A stretch of 64,000 nt of DNA, taken from positions 64,001-128,000 of the forward strand of contig CAVWCX010000001.1 in the NCBI GenBank assembly GCA_963753595.1, given 5' to 3'. Source of the stretch: Candidatus Methanoperedenaceae archaeon (GTDB taxonomy: Archaea; Halobacteriota; Methanosarcinia; Methanosarcinales; Methanoperedenaceae). The translations under genes were made by a program, and so were the position numbers. Below are positions 39,266 through 49,580 of the stretch, in pieces (position 1 is the first letter of the stretch; each line of letters opens with the position of its first letter). The notes under the pieces are model-generated. The model made no database searches and had not been told where the DNA came from. It worked only from the letters and a program-made list of their open reading frames with translations.

Positions 39266-40027
39266 ATGCCACGAGACAGAAGAGATTTTTTTTATAAGAA
39301 AGCAAAGGATGAGGGTTATCGTTCCCGCGCGGCTTTTAAACTTAAACAGATCAATGATAAATTTAAGATAATCAAAAAAGGAGATACCGTAGTAGATCTT
39401 GGCGCAGCTCCCGGAGGCTGGCTCCAGGTCGCAAAAGAACTCTCCGGCGGAATAGTTGTGGGTGTGGATATTCTGGATATAGAGGGGATAGAAGGAGTGG
39501 TTTTAATAAAAGGTGATATCCGCCTTGATAAAACGATTGAAAAGATAAGGGAAAAGATGAAATCGGATAAGGCTGATGCCGTAATTTGTGATGCTGCGCC
39601 CAACCTTTCAGGAAGCTGGAGTTATGACCATGCCCGTTCTATTGACCTTTCAACCTGCGCTCTTGAGTGCGCAAGAAAGATACTTAAGAACGGGGGAAGT
39701 TTTGCTGTAAAAGTCTTCCAGGGAGATATGTTCCCGGACTTTCTCAATAAAGTCCGTGGATATTTTGGGAAGGTACAGGCTTTTTCCCCCGAGGCGTCCA
39801 GGCAGCAGAGCGCTGAGATCTATGTTATCGGGAAGGAATTATTGACGGATGCGGTCAAAATGAACGGGGAATATGAAGTCACGATAGAGGATATAGGCGC
39901 AAGCGGGGACGGGATCGCAAAGATAAATGATTTCGTTGTGTTCGTAAATAATGCACAAAAGGGAGAGAAACTTAATATACGGATAAGGTTCATCAAACCC
40001 AATTTTGCATTTGGTGATAGAATCTAA
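39266..40027 (+). CDS. rlmE: 23S rRNA Um2552 methyltransferase with C-terminal TRAM domain
   Basis: GYRSRAAFKL, DLGAAPGGW, CDAAPN, KVFQG, SAEIY; TRAM motif GDGIAKI..FVVFV. Confidence 0.95.
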   Translation: MPRDRRDFFYKKAKDEGYRSRAAFKLKQINDKFKIIKKGDTVVDLGAAPGGWLQVAKELSGGIVVGVDILDIEGIEGVVLIKGDIRLDKTIEKIREKMKSDKADAVICDAAPNLSGSWSYDHARSIDLSTCALECARKILKNGGSFAVKVFQGDMFPDFLNKVRGYFGKVQAFSPEASRQQSAEIYVIGKELLTDAVKMNGEYEVTIEDIGASGDGIAKINDFVVFVNNAQKGEKLNIRIRFIKPNFAFGDRI

Positions 40028-40043
40028 TAGGAATTAAGTTTAC

Positions 40044-41204
40044 ATGAAAAAAAAATTAGCATATTTGACGATTATCATATTATCTTTGCCATTTTTCATC
40101 GCGCTGATTTTGAGTGTTTCCAGTTCCAACGAATTGTTTGATCTTCACGCTGAATTTAGTAAAGTCATTTTAGTGGCCCCATCATCGGCTTCAATACTAC
40201 AAGAACTATTTTTTCAAAATAAAAATATTATTAATAATAAAGCGATAGAAATAGACGGGAATTACTCCATTAATTATGAATCCCGTTCTACAAAATTATT
40301 AGTAAGTAAAGGACCAATGATACTTAAAGACCTTCAGAGGGTACAGGTACACCAGATTGAAACATTTCAAAACGCAACCAATAACGCGGATATTGGCTTG
40401 ATTGATGTTGGTTCTTCCAGTGAGATGTCAGATGTTCAATTCATCCAAAATGATGATAATTTATATGGAGTATACATAAATGGTCCAATTGATATTTCTT
40501 CTCCAATTCATGAAGGAACTTTTTTTTTGTTAGCTGAAGCGGTGCCATTCAATGAGACGGGAATACCTTCAGTTCTTTTTATCGATGATAATTTTACAAA
40601 AACTGTAACTATTAATGCAATTTTAAACCCTTCCGATGATCCAGCTCAAAGGACAACAATTATGCCAGATAACAATTTCGAAATCCGACAAAATAACGAC
40701 AAAAACCTAATACAATCCTCTACTGTTTTTAAAGGATTATTGAATACGGATTATAATTTCATCACTGCACGAACATTATATACCTCACGCTTGGATAGTC
40801 AATCAGATCATTTTATTTTGTCAGGTCTTGGATTACCCTCAATGATTGGAATTGATGGCGAATCAATTAATTCTGTGAGAATTAATGGTTTCACTGGTTG
40901 GTACCAGATTTTTGATGATGATACAATTCAAAAGATTGGAAGCCAGAATTGGGAAATCAGAGATGTAAAAAAATCAAATGTGACAATAGAGGTAAAATCT
41001 GCTGGAGAGTCATCAGAGGTACTGGTTAAAGTAAATTTCAAAGGAAAAGTTGGAAACCTAATCATAAACGACAAAGAACTTAGAAATTTTAAAACTAATT
41101 TTTTGAGAAATTTATTTGTCATCTATACTAATTCCTATTATGAAGGGATATTAATATTAGTTATCGGCTTACTATTAGGTAGCTGGTTCAAAGAGAGGCA
41201 ATAA
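40044..41204 (+). CDS. Hypothetical AT-rich membrane-anchored protein
   Basis: 386-aa ORF with N- and C-terminal hydrophobic helices; no recognisable motif. Confidence 0.7.
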   Translation: MKKKLAYLTIIILSLPFFIALILSVSSSNELFDLHAEFSKVILVAPSSASILQELFFQNKNIINNKAIEIDGNYSINYESRSTKLLVSKGPMILKDLQRVQVHQIETFQNATNNADIGLIDVGSSSEMSDVQFIQNDDNLYGVYINGPIDISSPIHEGTFFLLAEAVPFNETGIPSVLFIDDNFTKTVTINAILNPSDDPAQRTTIMPDNNFEIRQNNDKNLIQSSTVFKGLLNTDYNFITARTLYTSRLDSQSDHFILSGLGLPSMIGIDGESINSVRINGFTGWYQIFDDDTIQKIGSQNWEIRDVKKSNVTIEVKSAGESSEVLVKVNFKGKVGNLIINDKELRNFKTNFLRNLFVIYTNSYYEGILILVIGLLLGSWFKERQ

Positions 41205-41709
41205 ATGGAAATTTTTAAGAAAATTGCGTAATTTTTATGCATGACACGACGATGTACGACCCTACGGGGGGTTTACACGGGGGACGTTGTTGAATTGTTC
41301 TTAGCTTAATAATAAACAAACACGACCAAGACCTACAGGGTTTTTGATAAAACCGACATTCGAGAAGTGACATAAAAGTAATAAAATCTTAAAAATCTGG
41401 ATAATATAAAAATCAAAAAATGCAAGAAAAATTGCAAATTTATTCCTTCGTGTTAAATTCTTGACCCAGATATGTTAAACCTCTTGAACGTCGGATAAAA
41501 CTCTATATTTTATCTATTTCGATATTTCTGTAATAATTTCGGAATTATGGTAATACGCTAATAATAATCCTTCCGCTTCGCTTTCAGCTTTATTCTATAT
41601 TAGCCAAGGCGCGCCGCGCAAGCGCGGACGCGCATAGGAAGATCTTCAGATATCCCTAATAACTTAACGGCATTTGAATGTAATCATTTAATATGATGGG
41701 TGATGAGCG

Positions 41710-41785
41710 CCGCATTAAGCACGCCTCCCAATGGGTTCGGGCACTGCCCGAATCCGCCTGCGTGCGGACGGCGTACTTACTGCGG
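41710..41785. other. GC-rich multi-stem palindromic element
   Basis: 41710-41725 pairs with 41770-41785 (14/16) and encloses a 10-bp hairpin at 41733-41755. Confidence 0.5.
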
Positions 41786-41853
41786 GAGGGTGAGTGACAG
41801 CCCTGCGCCGGACAGTCGCAGTTTTTAGACTTCCTAATATTTTCTGGTTTGAA

Positions 41854-41922
41854 AACCACAGAGAGCACAGAGGACATAGAGAAAAATGGCAACGCTCTGT
41901 GCTCTCTGAGTGCTCTGTGGTT
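41854..41922. repeat. REP-like inverted repeat
   Basis: AACCACAGAGAGCACAGAG ... CTCTGTGCTCTCTG(AGTGCTCTG)TGGTT. Confidence 0.65.
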
Positions 41923-42201
41923 GATTACCTATACAAATATTCCTTTTTCCTACGGAGGATGCGCAAAACAAATACCGCCCTTTCGTTCACGCAAAAAGAA
42001 ATCCGTCGCCTCCTGCCCGCCTTTTATCAAATGCGGTGCGCCCTCCTTGAAGGTTTGCCCTGCGGGAATAAATGACATAAAGAAGTAAAAATCAAACCAA
42101 CAAGCACTGCAACAGCCCCTCTTGAAATCATAAGAGTTATATGTCCGATAATCTAATTATAAATAAGTTAATCATAAGCGAAATCCTGCAGGAAAAAGAA
42201 A

Positions 42202-43683
42202 GTGAATATTTTGACCTTATACACACTTCTTCATAAATCAGTAATTTTGAGTCTTATTTTTATGTTCTTGTCTTCATCAGTATCAGCGAACTGGCAGAAT
42301 TATGGCGGGGATCTTGTGCATAGCGGTTATTCAGGAAGTTCGCAAATTCCATTGGAATTGAGGTGGAAATACCATGCAGGGAACTCAGAAATTTCTGCGC
42401 CTGTTATTGATGAAGGAATACTTTTTGTGGGTTCTGATGATAATAATTTGTATGCTATAGACGCTGTTAAGGGTGAATTAAAATGGCAGTTTCCCGCACT
42501 TGGAAAAGTCTATACACCGGCAGCAAAAAACGGAGTGGTTTTTGCGGCTTCCTATGATAATTATATTTACGCTTTAGATTATAATGGGAACCTGAAGTGG
42601 AAATCTAATATCTGGGGCAGTATAGCCTCGCCTCCAGTTGCTGATAATAATATTCTCTATGGCGGGTCTGAGATGTATATTTATGCAATATTTATAAACA
42701 ATGGCAGTATAAACTGGAAATATGCAACCAACGGCAAGGTAGAATCCTCACCGGCAATATCACAGGGCCTTGTTTATGCCGGATCATACGATGATAACTT
42801 ATACGCCCTGGATGCAGGAAACAAAAACCTCAGATGGAAATATCCGACCGGCGGGAGCGTCACATCGTCTCCGGCTGTGATAAACGGCATTGTATTTGCA
42901 GGGTCAAACGATAACTACATTTATGCTATTGATTCCAATAGCGGAGAATTGAAATGGCGAAAAAAAACAAATGATATAGTAAAATCAACTCCTGCAGTTT
43001 TTCAAAAATCGGTTTATGTAGGTTCTAATGACAATACATTATATGCAATGGACATGGATAATGGGGATATTATCTGGAAATTTGTAACCAACGGATGGGT
43101 AGACTCACAACCAATAGTGACAAAAGATATTGTTTATGCAGGATCAAAAGACGGAACCATTTATGCTATTGATAGGGAAAAAGGAACTAAAGTCAGTAGT
43201 TATGATGCAGGCAGCGGAATAATTTCCCTGGCAATATCTGATAGTATCTTGTATGCTACATCAAATGATGGTTATGTTTATGCTTTTGGTGCCCGGATTC
43301 CTGAATCGACAACGATCTCTAAAGTCGCTCAGGATTTGATCCCTCCTGAACTTAGAATAAATCCTATTCCCATAAATGTTACTTCTGATACACTGACCGT
43401 TTCAGGCACAGCAAAGGATCCAGGCGGCATATTGATTGTTACAGTTAATGGTATTGATGCCGGGGCAGATAACTGGAAAACAACATTGAAACTTTCTAAT
43501 GGTATAAATATTATATCGATAAAGGCAGTAGATAAATCAGGAAATATTAAAACAGAGGTTCGTACGGTTAGATATAATCCTCCTGAAATTCAGGAAACAC
43601 CTGAAGTTCCGGGATTTTCTCTTTATCTTTGTTTAGTATCCTTTGCAGCAATTGTAATTTTTAGTAAAAATAAAAAAAATTAA
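42202..43683 (+). CDS. PQQ-like/BamB-type beta-propeller surface protein with Ig-like domain and PGF-CTERM
   Basis: Signal peptide, repeated V.SSPA...G.VY.GS.D..LYA.D...G...WK blades, VPGF-TM-basic tail. Confidence 0.85.
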   Translation: MNILTLYTLLHKSVILSLIFMFLSSSVSANWQNYGGDLVHSGYSGSSQIPLELRWKYHAGNSEISAPVIDEGILFVGSDDNNLYAIDAVKGELKWQFPALGKVYTPAAKNGVVFAASYDNYIYALDYNGNLKWKSNIWGSIASPPVADNNILYGGSEMYIYAIFINNGSINWKYATNGKVESSPAISQGLVYAGSYDDNLYALDAGNKNLRWKYPTGGSVTSSPAVINGIVFAGSNDNYIYAIDSNSGELKWRKKTNDIVKSTPAVFQKSVYVGSNDNTLYAMDMDNGDIIWKFVTNGWVDSQPIVTKDIVYAGSKDGTIYAIDREKGTKVSSYDAGSGIISLAISDSILYATSNDGYVYAFGARIPESTTISKVAQDLIPPELRINPIPINVTSDTLTVSGTAKDPGGILIVTVNGIDAGADNWKTTLKLSNGINIISIKAVDKSGNIKTEVRTVRYNPPEIQETPEVPGFSLYLCLVSFAAIVIFSKNKKN

Positions 43684-43733
43684 TTTTGTAAAACTTAAAT
43701 AGTAATATTATTGTATGTGCTTATAACTGCAAA

Positions 43734-45995
43734 ATGACAATCTTAAATAAAATCAAGCTGGATTCTAAGAGCCACATTTTCTTATTTTTAATACTTTTAA
43801 TCGGTCTTATTGTAAGGTTTTTTACTTTTTCCCAGGTATTTGAACAAGGCCGGATAGTGTTTCTTGAGACAGATCCATATTATCATATGTGGCGGGTATT
43901 TTCATATATTGAGATGTTCCCAAAAACATTCTTTTTTGATCCGTTTATTAATTATCCATACGGAGTTGTTGTGGGGTGGCCGCCCCTCTTTGATCAAATT
44001 ATCGCGCTTATATCTTTAATTGCCGGTCTTGGGAAACCTGGCATACATCTTGTTGAAACGATAGGAGTATTTATTCCTGTTATTTCAGGTATTTTCTCAA
44101 TAATTTCAGTATATTATATAACAAAAGAAATTTTTAATGAACGTATCGCCCTCTACAGTTCCCTTTTACTTGCAGTGATGCCGGCGCATGCCCAGATATC
44201 TTTTCTTGGATTTACAGACCATCATATCGCAGAAGTTCTAATTTCGGTTCTGGCTTATTTGTTTTTTATAAAATCAATAAAAAAAGAATCCTGTTTGTTT
44301 TCAATTTTATCCGGAATTATGATCGGATTATCTTTTTTAATATGGATTGGGGCACCGATATTCATCGGGATAATATTATCCTATATAGTCATTCAATTCG
44401 TTTTGGATAAAAAATCAAATATTAATTCTGATTATCTTCTGAAAACCGGTACAATTTCTTTTTTGACCGCATTTGTTATGATCATCTTTTTTTATCTCTG
44501 GACACCATGGCAAAAGGATATCCAGGCAGGTACGCTGTCATATTTTCAGCCAGTATATGTATTTTTATGTGCTATAATAGTACTTGTTTTTGGGATAACT
44601 TCCAGGATAATGAAGGATAAAAAATGGGTTTTATTTCCGATAATGATTTTAATTATGTTCACTTCCTTTTTTTCAATACTGGTATTTAGTTTTCCATCTT
44701 TCTATGATAATTTATTAAATGGCATAGGATATTTGCTCACGGATGCGCCTCTATTAAAACAAATAGTTGAGGCACAGCCGTTATTTTATACCTATGACGG
44801 GATTTTCCTGGGATGGCAATTCTTCAGTAACCCTGTGTGGTATTCATTTGCTTTTAGTTTTTATTTTGCGATCATCGGGCTTTTATTATTGTTATATTAC
44901 CATCGAACAGGAATTGATAAAGGAAGATTGTTTCTTGTAATATGGACATCGATAGTCCTTGTGCTTGCATTGTTCCAGAGACGCTTCACTTATACGCTGG
45001 CAGTGAATGTTGCGATATTGTCGGGATTTTTTATAGATAATATCACATTTAATATACGTAATATATATAAAACATATACATATAAGTCCATGGCTTTTAA
45101 TCTGAAATCGGGCCACATCGCTTTGTTAATTCTCATGGTTCTTTGTATTCCAAATTTAGTATTGGCATATAACATGGCACAGTCCCCGCCCAAACCTTCG
45201 GATGACTGGTATGAATCATTGATATGGTTAAGAGAAAACACTCCTGATCCGGGAAAAAGTCCTGAATATGGCATAATGACATGGTGGGATTACGGGAACT
45301 GGATCTTGTATATCTCAAAGCGCCCTGTTGTTGCTAATAATTTCCAGATTGGCGGGGACAGCGCTGCGAAGTTTTTTGTTGCGCCGGATGAGACTGCTGC
45401 AAATAAGATAATGGATATGCGAAAAGCAAGATATGTGATCCTTGATCACAGGATGGGCTTAAATAAGTTCAGGGAGGGAGATCAAGTCTTGTTAAGAGGT
45501 ACATTCTTTGCTATTGCAGGTTTTGCAGACGAGGATATTGCAATGTATTTAGACCGAAATAACCTTCCCAATCAAAATTTTGCCAATACCATGTATGCCA
45601 GGATGCACATATTTGACGGAAACGGGCTTGAATATTACAGGATGATTTACGAATCAAAAGAGACACATTATAACTTATTCGACAGGCCCACGAGAAATAT
45701 CAAAATATTTGAATACGTAAAAGGAGCAAAAATTACTGGAAAAGCATCATCAAATGCAACTGTTTTTATTTCAGGAAAAATAATTACAAACCAGGGACGC
45801 ATATTTGATTATTTAAAGGAAGTAAAAGCTGATGAAAAAGGATATTTTGAGTTCATTGTCCCGTATTCCAGAGAAGGTCCATATGAAACAACATTACTGA
45901 ATAGTTATAACATAAAATACGACAATTCAAATATTTCTATCAACGTATCAGAGAATGATGTCCTGAAGGGAAATATAATAAAGGTGAACTTATGA
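43734..45995 (+). CDS. aglB: Oligosaccharyltransferase AglB/STT3 paralog
   Basis: ETDPYYH, GFTDHH.AE, I.EAQPL, QRRF.Y, MTWWDYGNWI, R.VVANNFQ, KIFEYVKGA. Confidence 0.92.
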   Translation: MTILNKIKLDSKSHIFLFLILLIGLIVRFFTFSQVFEQGRIVFLETDPYYHMWRVFSYIEMFPKTFFFDPFINYPYGVVVGWPPLFDQIIALISLIAGLGKPGIHLVETIGVFIPVISGIFSIISVYYITKEIFNERIALYSSLLLAVMPAHAQISFLGFTDHHIAEVLISVLAYLFFIKSIKKESCLFSILSGIMIGLSFLIWIGAPIFIGIILSYIVIQFVLDKKSNINSDYLLKTGTISFLTAFVMIIFFYLWTPWQKDIQAGTLSYFQPVYVFLCAIIVLVFGITSRIMKDKKWVLFPIMILIMFTSFFSILVFSFPSFYDNLLNGIGYLLTDAPLLKQIVEAQPLFYTYDGIFLGWQFFSNPVWYSFAFSFYFAIIGLLLLLYYHRTGIDKGRLFLVIWTSIVLVLALFQRRFTYTLAVNVAILSGFFIDNITFNIRNIYKTYTYKSMAFNLKSGHIALLILMVLCIPNLVLAYNMAQSPPKPSDDWYESLIWLRENTPDPGKSPEYGIMTWWDYGNWILYISKRPVVANNFQIGGDSAAKFFVAPDETAANKIMDMRKARYVILDHRMGLNKFREGDQVLLRGTFFAIAGFADEDIAMYLDRNNLPNQNFANTMYARMHIFDGNGLEYYRMIYESKETHYNLFDRPTRNIKIFEYVKGAKITGKASSNATVFISGKIITNQGRIFDYLKEVKADEKGYFEFIVPYSREGPYETTLLNSYNIKYDNSNISINVSENDVLKGNIIKVNL

Positions 45996-47605
45996 AACCC
46001 ATATGCAAAATAATGATAATATTAATTATTTTTTATTCAAGCATTTTTCCGGTATTTGCCGAGGAGCCGGAATGGGTCGATCCCCAGGAAAAAACGATGA
46101 GAATGACAGAATCATTTACAAGAGAAGGCTATGTTATAGAAGCAACTGATTTTTATGATTATTCAGCATTGATAACGGTCTTTGATACAAAAGGAAACCT
46201 TGTAACAAGAAATGTGACTCGAATTGATGATTATTTTGTCGTTGATGACAGGTTAAATATTAGTATAATCAACCTTCAGGAAGTCAGGGGTAACATAGGA
46301 GCAAATCTCGGATTAAATGTATCTGTGGACCAGTGGGTGAAGATAAGAACAAGAGTGAAAGGAAGGCCTTCAATAAAATTATCAATCATCCCGAAAGGGA
46401 TCGAAATTAATAATAAGTCAATTGTCAGGCATACATATATTCCTGGCTCTGAAATCGCGGTAAATTTTTCAGTAAGGAACGAGGGTAAGGCCAGGCTAAA
46501 AGATATGATCTTAAAGATCAATACCTCGATGCCAGTGCTGTATGATGAAAAATTGAATTATGAAATACTTGAATTGGGCGCGGGAAACGAATCCGATCCG
46601 ATCACTGTCAGGTTTCAGGCACCGTACACAGGAGAGCGAAAGTCGATATCGATCATGGTAGAAGCAATTGGATATGATATCTATGGGAAGGCATATAGGG
46701 CAGCTGATTCAGCATTTATCGAGTTAATCCCTCCATTTGATAATAAAATCGATCTTAAAAAATATATTTCAGAAAAAGTATATATGGGTGACGTTGCCGT
46801 TGTTTCCATAAATATCAGGAACAATGGAAGTCAAAAATTAGATAATGTGAATTTAACTGACAGTCTTCCACCCGGGATCGAACCAATAGATACGAACCTT
46901 TCATGGAATTTTACTTTAGGGCCATTTGAACAAAAAACAATATCATATATGGTAAAACCCCAAAAACCCGGAATTTATTTCTTCTTACCGGGAAGTTCCA
47001 TTATTGAATATCAGGGCGTATTGGATTACAATAAGAAACCCATTAAATTGATCGTGGGCGGTCCTTATGTAGTTTTATTGAAATATGCAAGCTCCTATGA
47101 TATTTTCAAAGGCGATAATGTCAATGTAACGGTGGAAGCTAAAAACATGGGAGATGCCACAGCGATAGTAAAACTCAATGAAACTATCCCGGCGAATTAT
47201 TCCCTGACTTTCGGGAACCAAACATATGAGACAGTTTCAGATACTATGGTACTTCATCCCGGTATGTCGGGATCATTTTCTTATTTGCTTTTTGCATCTG
47301 GCACAGGAGGTTTTATTCTCCCGCCGGCAAAAGCAATAATTCTTGATAAGATCCTGTATAAGGATGAACGATATACACAAAGAGCCACTTCGGCTGAAGT
47401 GATAATAAAAGTCAGGGAGCCATTGAAAATGGAACTTTCCTCTTCCAAAATGACTTCAATACCGAAAAAATCCACCAGTCCTGAAAGTATTGAGACAAAT
47501 GTCCCATCTGAAACACCTAAATCTTCAGCTGGATTCGAGGGATATATTTTTATCATTTTCGTCCTAGTTATAGTGGTTATAAGAAAATTGAATTTCAGAA
47601 TTTGA
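45992..47605 (+). CDS. Multi Ig-like (BatD/DUF11-type) surface glycoprotein with PGF-CTERM-like tail
   Basis: Signal peptide, V.I.N.G...L.NV.LTDSLP.G repeats, Ser/Thr/Pro linker, AGFE-TM-RK. Confidence 0.75.
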   Translation: MKPICKIMIILIIFYSSIFPVFAEEPEWVDPQEKTMRMTESFTREGYVIEATDFYDYSALITVFDTKGNLVTRNVTRIDDYFVVDDRLNISIINLQEVRGNIGANLGLNVSVDQWVKIRTRVKGRPSIKLSIIPKGIEINNKSIVRHTYIPGSEIAVNFSVRNEGKARLKDMILKINTSMPVLYDEKLNYEILELGAGNESDPITVRFQAPYTGERKSISIMVEAIGYDIYGKAYRAADSAFIELIPPFDNKIDLKKYISEKVYMGDVAVVSINIRNNGSQKLDNVNLTDSLPPGIEPIDTNLSWNFTLGPFEQKTISYMVKPQKPGIYFFLPGSSIIEYQGVLDYNKKPIKLIVGGPYVVLLKYASSYDIFKGDNVNVTVEAKNMGDATAIVKLNETIPANYSLTFGNQTYETVSDTMVLHPGMSGSFSYLLFASGTGGFILPPAKAIILDKILYKDERYTQRATSAEVIIKVREPLKMELSSSKMTSIPKKSTSPESIETNVPSETPKSSAGFEGYIFIIFVLVIVVIRKLNFRI

Positions 47606-47625
47606 ATTACTAATGGGTTTCCTAC

Positions 47626-48300
47626 ATGTTGAAAAAATTATTTACAAAAAATAACAGGGAATATCGGTTAATAAAGACAACCTTGATAATATCTGTCTTA
47701 ATAATTTTTGTTTCTTCTCTTGCAATATCCGTAAATGCATACGAAAGACCCGAATATACGGATGGATTGACTGATAAATGGCATCCAGGCGCCTATTGTA
47801 TACCCTGTCATTATACCCTGTTGAGTACGGATAAAGCCCAATCGATTTCAAATGGGTGCAAATGCCATGATTACGTACCGAAAAATGCAGAAAATAAGTA
47901 TAAAGTTGATATGACAAAGATTTTCAATATCCATGAGGATATCGTATGCATAAGGTGCCATGTTGGTGTGAAGGAAGGGACCAACGTGACCGCGGCGGAT
48001 TTCCACAGGATAATGAACAAAGAGACATGCATGACATGCCATACTTATGAGAATGGCACGATCCAAAAGCCACTAAAAACGAAATGCTCCGACTGTCATT
48101 CAGGTGATCCGCATGTGGTTCACGGCAAAAGGCTTGAAAAAATGTGCGAGACATGTCATGGGGATTTTGCGAAAAACTATGTTGGGGGTAAAACAATTAG
48201 TCCCATATCGACTAAACCTGAAGTTGCTGTTAAGGAATACACAACAATAGGGCAGATTATCAGTAACTTAGTTGAGTCTTTAATGCAAATATTCAGGTGA
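47626..48300 (+). CDS. Secreted multiheme cytochrome c (5 CxxCH + 1 CxCH)
   Basis: CIPCH, CKCH, CIRCH, CMTCH, CSDCH, CETCH; PH.VH distal ligands; amphipathic C-terminal helix. Confidence 0.88.
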   Translation: MLKKLFTKNNREYRLIKTTLIISVLIIFVSSLAISVNAYERPEYTDGLTDKWHPGAYCIPCHYTLLSTDKAQSISNGCKCHDYVPKNAENKYKVDMTKIFNIHEDIVCIRCHVGVKEGTNVTAADFHRIMNKETCMTCHTYENGTIQKPLKTKCSDCHSGDPHVVHGKRLEKMCETCHGDFAKNYVGGKTISPISTKPEVAVKEYTTIGQIISNLVESLMQIFR

Positions 48301-48728
48301 ATATGAAATTAATTCTGGTGCTGTTTTTCATTTCAGTAATGATTTTCTCCGGCTGCATAGGAAATCCCACAAAACAAGTACCTGTAGTACATGTTAATAT
48401 CACTTTTGTGGAAAAAGAGGGTTTTTCGCAAGTGCAAAATTATAAAATAACCCAGGAGACGGTCAACTATCTTGGAAGGCCTAAAAAAACCCAGGCTGAA
48501 TCTTTCCCTGCCATAACTGCAAGAACGATGATAATGAAAGAAAAAAATAGTAGTATAGGGCCATGGGAAACTCTGTCCTATAATGGAAATGGGATTTATT
48601 CATTTAATATCGGATTTAAGGACGACAATTATCCTGCAGCCGGAGATAAAGTACATATTTCTATAATGGTCGTTGATAAAAAAGGGGATAGAATAGGATA
48701 TTTCGTGCAGGATATGGTTTGGGAATGA
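48297..48728 (+). CDS. Lipoprotein
   Basis: Lipobox FSGC; GTGA overlap with the cytochrome. Confidence 0.75.
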   Translation: MNMKLILVLFFISVMIFSGCIGNPTKQVPVVHVNITFVEKEGFSQVQNYKITQETVNYLGRPKKTQAESFPAITARTMIMKEKNSSIGPWETLSYNGNGIYSFNIGFKDDNYPAAGDKVHISIMVVDKKGDRIGYFVQDMVWE

Positions 48729-48853
48729 AATTGATACACTAAATATTGAGTATCCTGATATAATATTGAAATCATAAAGTATTTATGGCAATAAAAGAAA
48801 TAAAAGGGTAGTAAAGGTATGGATATTTGATTTAATAAAAGGTGGAAAGTCTT

Positions 48854-49536
48854 ATGAGTAACAAAATGATATTAATTGGGATTGCAATAGCAGCAATTGG
48901 GTTGGTTGCACTACCACAAACATTAGCATTATTTGCAGGACAGCATAACTTCTATGATAATATAGGCAATGGCGCTGCAGCTATTCCATGTGAGAAATGC
49001 CATGCGGATGTATTTTCAGAACTGAGCCAGCCCGGATCAGTAAATGCAGTTCATATGCGTCAGGGTTGTGAGGGATGCCATGTAACGACTGCTCCTACGA
49101 AAGAAGGGCTTGTGCAGGGTGGGAATTTAACGGATGATTTCCACGCAGCTGCATTACCTTTGTGTTTGGATTGCCATAGTGGCACAGGACCAGGAGCAGA
49201 TGCGAGATCGATACTTGAAGGTACTGTAGAAGCTCATACGGCATTTGCAAACCAGGCTAATGACTCTTTGCTCCTGCGGGGTTCTAATGAAGCATGTATT
49301 TCATGTCATACACATGTTGCGGTGGACATAAACTGGACAAAGGCTTATAAGATCAGCTTCAATGCCATGGAAAATGCAACAACTGGCCTTCATGAATGGA
49401 CTGTTGATAACTTCGCTACAGAAGGTACGGTCCAGATACAGACTACGGCAACAGGTCCGGTGAGATCAATAGTGCAACAGAACCAGTAGTATCTATTACA
49501 CCAGCACCACTAGGTTTTGATCCCAGCAATCCATGA
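48854..49536 (+). CDS. Secreted tetraheme cytochrome c, LFAGQH family (one-base frameshift at ~49443; called ORF stops at 49489)
   Basis: CEKCH, CEGCH, CLDCH, CISCH; the shifted frame gives YGNRSGE...NP*, matching YGNGSGE...TP* of the paralog at 59922; T-rich terminator follows 49536. Confidence 0.85.
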
Positions 49537-49580
49537 GTAAGTAGGAAAAATAACTTTTTTTCCTATTTTTATCTTTTTTT

